From Lama guanicoe (Eukaryota), in the NCBI GenBank assembly GCA_013239625.1, contig MU053594.1, positions 962,536 to 1,026,535 of the forward strand: DNA of 64,000 nt. Direction: 5' to 3'. Shown piece by piece: positions 61,841 through 64,000 of the stretch. The position numbers and the translations under genes were made by a program. A model generated the notes under the pieces. The model was given only the letters and a program-made list of their open reading frames with translations. It did no database searches and was not told where the DNA came from. Position 1 is the stretch's first letter. Each line of letters opens with the position of its first letter.

Positions 61841-63689
61841 CCCCTCAATGGTGTGAATTCTGCTGGATTCTTCCCTACAGCCTAGGCCCTAACCTGAAGC
61901 ATCAGTATTTAAAGAGTTGCCTTGATGAAGGCATTGCTTCCTAGGCAATGACCAAAGGAGAGGGAAGCCAGCTTTGAACTTCCGTATTCTTAAAAATGTT
62001 TGTCAAGTTCATGAAGATAAGCAGAATCTCCTCTTTCACAGCAGCTAATTTGTGTGGGGTCTTTTTATTTTTTCATGAATGTCATACTGTCTAAGTATCA
62101 TGGCTACAGTCCCCTGAATGTGAAAATGGTACACTGCTTAAGTCAAATTATATGATGCAAGAAATCGCCAAAGCCAGCGCCGCCCCACCAGCCATCCCAT
62201 GTAAGAGTCTGCACTGACTTTGAGCTCCTGGAGCGGCACAGAGCCAAGTTTTGGGAAAGGTATGTTTGTCTTATCACTTGATGAAGCATTTTGTCTGCTT
62301 CCGTCTGTTTCACTTTTGATGACCAAAAAAACCCACTAGTTCAGCTTTCTGCCATGTTTGCAGCCCATCAGAAGTTCTGCTCACAAGCACACAGCTACTC
62401 TCAAATCCAATTCACCATAGCACAAAAGTGACAAAGATCACGGTGTTGGTTCTTTTGTGACAACGACTTACTTACTTTTACAACTGGGAATGTCGCCTGT
62501 GGGCTTAAAAAAGGAAAAGAGAAATAGAGGTTTTAAAACCATAGAAATGTGCGAGATAATGATTAAAAGTAATAACCACCTGAAAGTACTGAGGACTGAG
62601 ACAGACATGGAATTCATTGTCCCTGAGGGTCCCCACAAGCAGCTGATAGTGACAGACTCCCCTGGCCACAATTCTTGACTCCACAGTGAACAGCTATAGT
62701 CAATCAAGAAAGCAGAGGCTGTTTCTTTAAAATATGGGTTTTATTCTGGGGAGATGCAAATGAGGCTGACTTTGATAATTCCTGTGTGTGAAAACACGTG
62801 CAAGAAGTGCAGAGAGTCATTCATCTCAGAATGACAGTTTACAAACCAATTATGCAAAGTCAGAAGGAAAACAGCCAGAATTTTTGGAAACCAAAAAGGG
62901 ACGTGTATTGGCCAGGAACAACGTGACATAAAGCTCAGTCAAGCAAACAAAGAAAAGATTGCCTTCAAGATTGGTTACAGAATCTCTTTAGAAGGAATAA
63001 CTCACATGTTGAAAGACAATCTGTTGAAGCTCTAGATTGGAGATGTGGTCAAAATAGTTTCAGGGAAAAAAATAGAAAAAAAAAACCCAACTTGAAAAAA
63101 GGCATCATTGTTGAATGGCACTGTTAAAGGACATAGTTTAATGTGCTTGAAAGAATTACCTAACTTCCATATTCAAGATGAAAGTCTATAAAATGAGCCT
63201 CCAGTTCCTATCCCAACACTGCAATCAAGCCATCACTTGTCCCCCAACCCCTCTAGACGGTGTGAGGATGGTTCCGGAGAAACTGGGTTGGTGACACCAG
63301 TAGGAATGGAGATCTGCACCAGGAGGTTCAGTGAGTGAGGTCTCTTTCTCCTAATCCCCTTCCTCCCACCCAGACCCAGGATGCCGGAGCAAAGCTTCCA
63401 CCCCCATATCCTCGGGGCAGAAGACTGACGATCCTCTCCAGGAAAAACGCAACCGCCCTGGAGACAAGCTCTACAGACGTGAGAAGTCCAGCTGTAACCT
63501 ATCACCTAGAGTGAAGCCCTTCATTCAGTAAGTCTCAGCATCCACACAGGGTCCCTGCAGGCTTGTGGTAGGCACCTCATCTGATTATGAATGGGGAGCC
63601 AGGGATCATCAGAAACTTGGGGAAAACCTCTAACACGAAAGGGAAAAGCGAAGTCTACTCACAGGAGAAAAGATGCCTGATAAATGGAG

Positions 63690-64000
63690 ATCATGTAGGA
63701 AGCAGAACAAAATGGAACAGAAACAATAATTAGAACCCCTGGAAATAAAACAGATAATACATTCATAACATAACTGGAGGGAGGGCAACACTGAGAAAGA
63801 GCTCTTAGAAACTAAAAGACACAATAGCAACAATTGAGACCAATCAGTAGTGGAGTCGGAAGAAATCTCTTCGAATGCAGAAAGGAATGACAGAAAGATA
63901 AGCAATAAATAAGAAAATATAAGAAAATTGGGAGGTGTTACCCAGGAGGCCCAAAATCTGAATAACAAGAATTTTTTTTTTAAAAAAAGGACAGAGACAG
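63690..64000 (+). mobile_element. Degraded L1/HAL1 ORF1-like remnant (runs off the window)
   Basis: A/G-rich 'gaaagagctcttagaaactaaaa...gaagaaatctct...aagaaaattgggagg...cccaggaggcccaaaatctgaataac', typical of the old L1 ORF1 coiled-coil region. Confidence 0.6.

Noticed and set aside
1..64000. Naming the host gene
   Set aside because: No exon could be recognised; any gene symbol would be a guess without alignment.

Overview
Mammalian non-coding genomic DNA, very probably camelid (alpaca, vicuna or camel). The evidence is five copies of a tRNA-Ala(AGC)-derived SINE matching the camelid Vic-1 type. I recognise no protein-coding exon; the supplied ORFs look like chance ORFs or fall in microsatellites and transposons. 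Much of the window is interspersed repeat: L2, MIR, old L1M fragments, short younger L1 3' ends with target-site duplications (TSDs), MaLR/MLT1 LTRs, an ERV1-like solo LTR, and MER3, MER33, MER58, MER82 and MER104 DNA-transposon relics. Between these lie repeat-free, motif-rich blocks that resemble conserved enhancers. The window most plausibly lies inside a very long intron of a minus-strand gene, which I cannot name. The most interesting signal is two minus-strand sites where a complete 3' splice site (branch point, polypyrimidine tract, CAG) is followed immediately by GTAAG, the zero-length-exon architecture of recursive splice sites. One is at 31416/31415, with a distant branch point and a 148-nt AG-exclusion zone; the other is at 24968/24967, with canonical spacing. 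Repeat families were assigned by eye from remembered consensus sequences, and boundaries are approximate unless TSDs are quoted.
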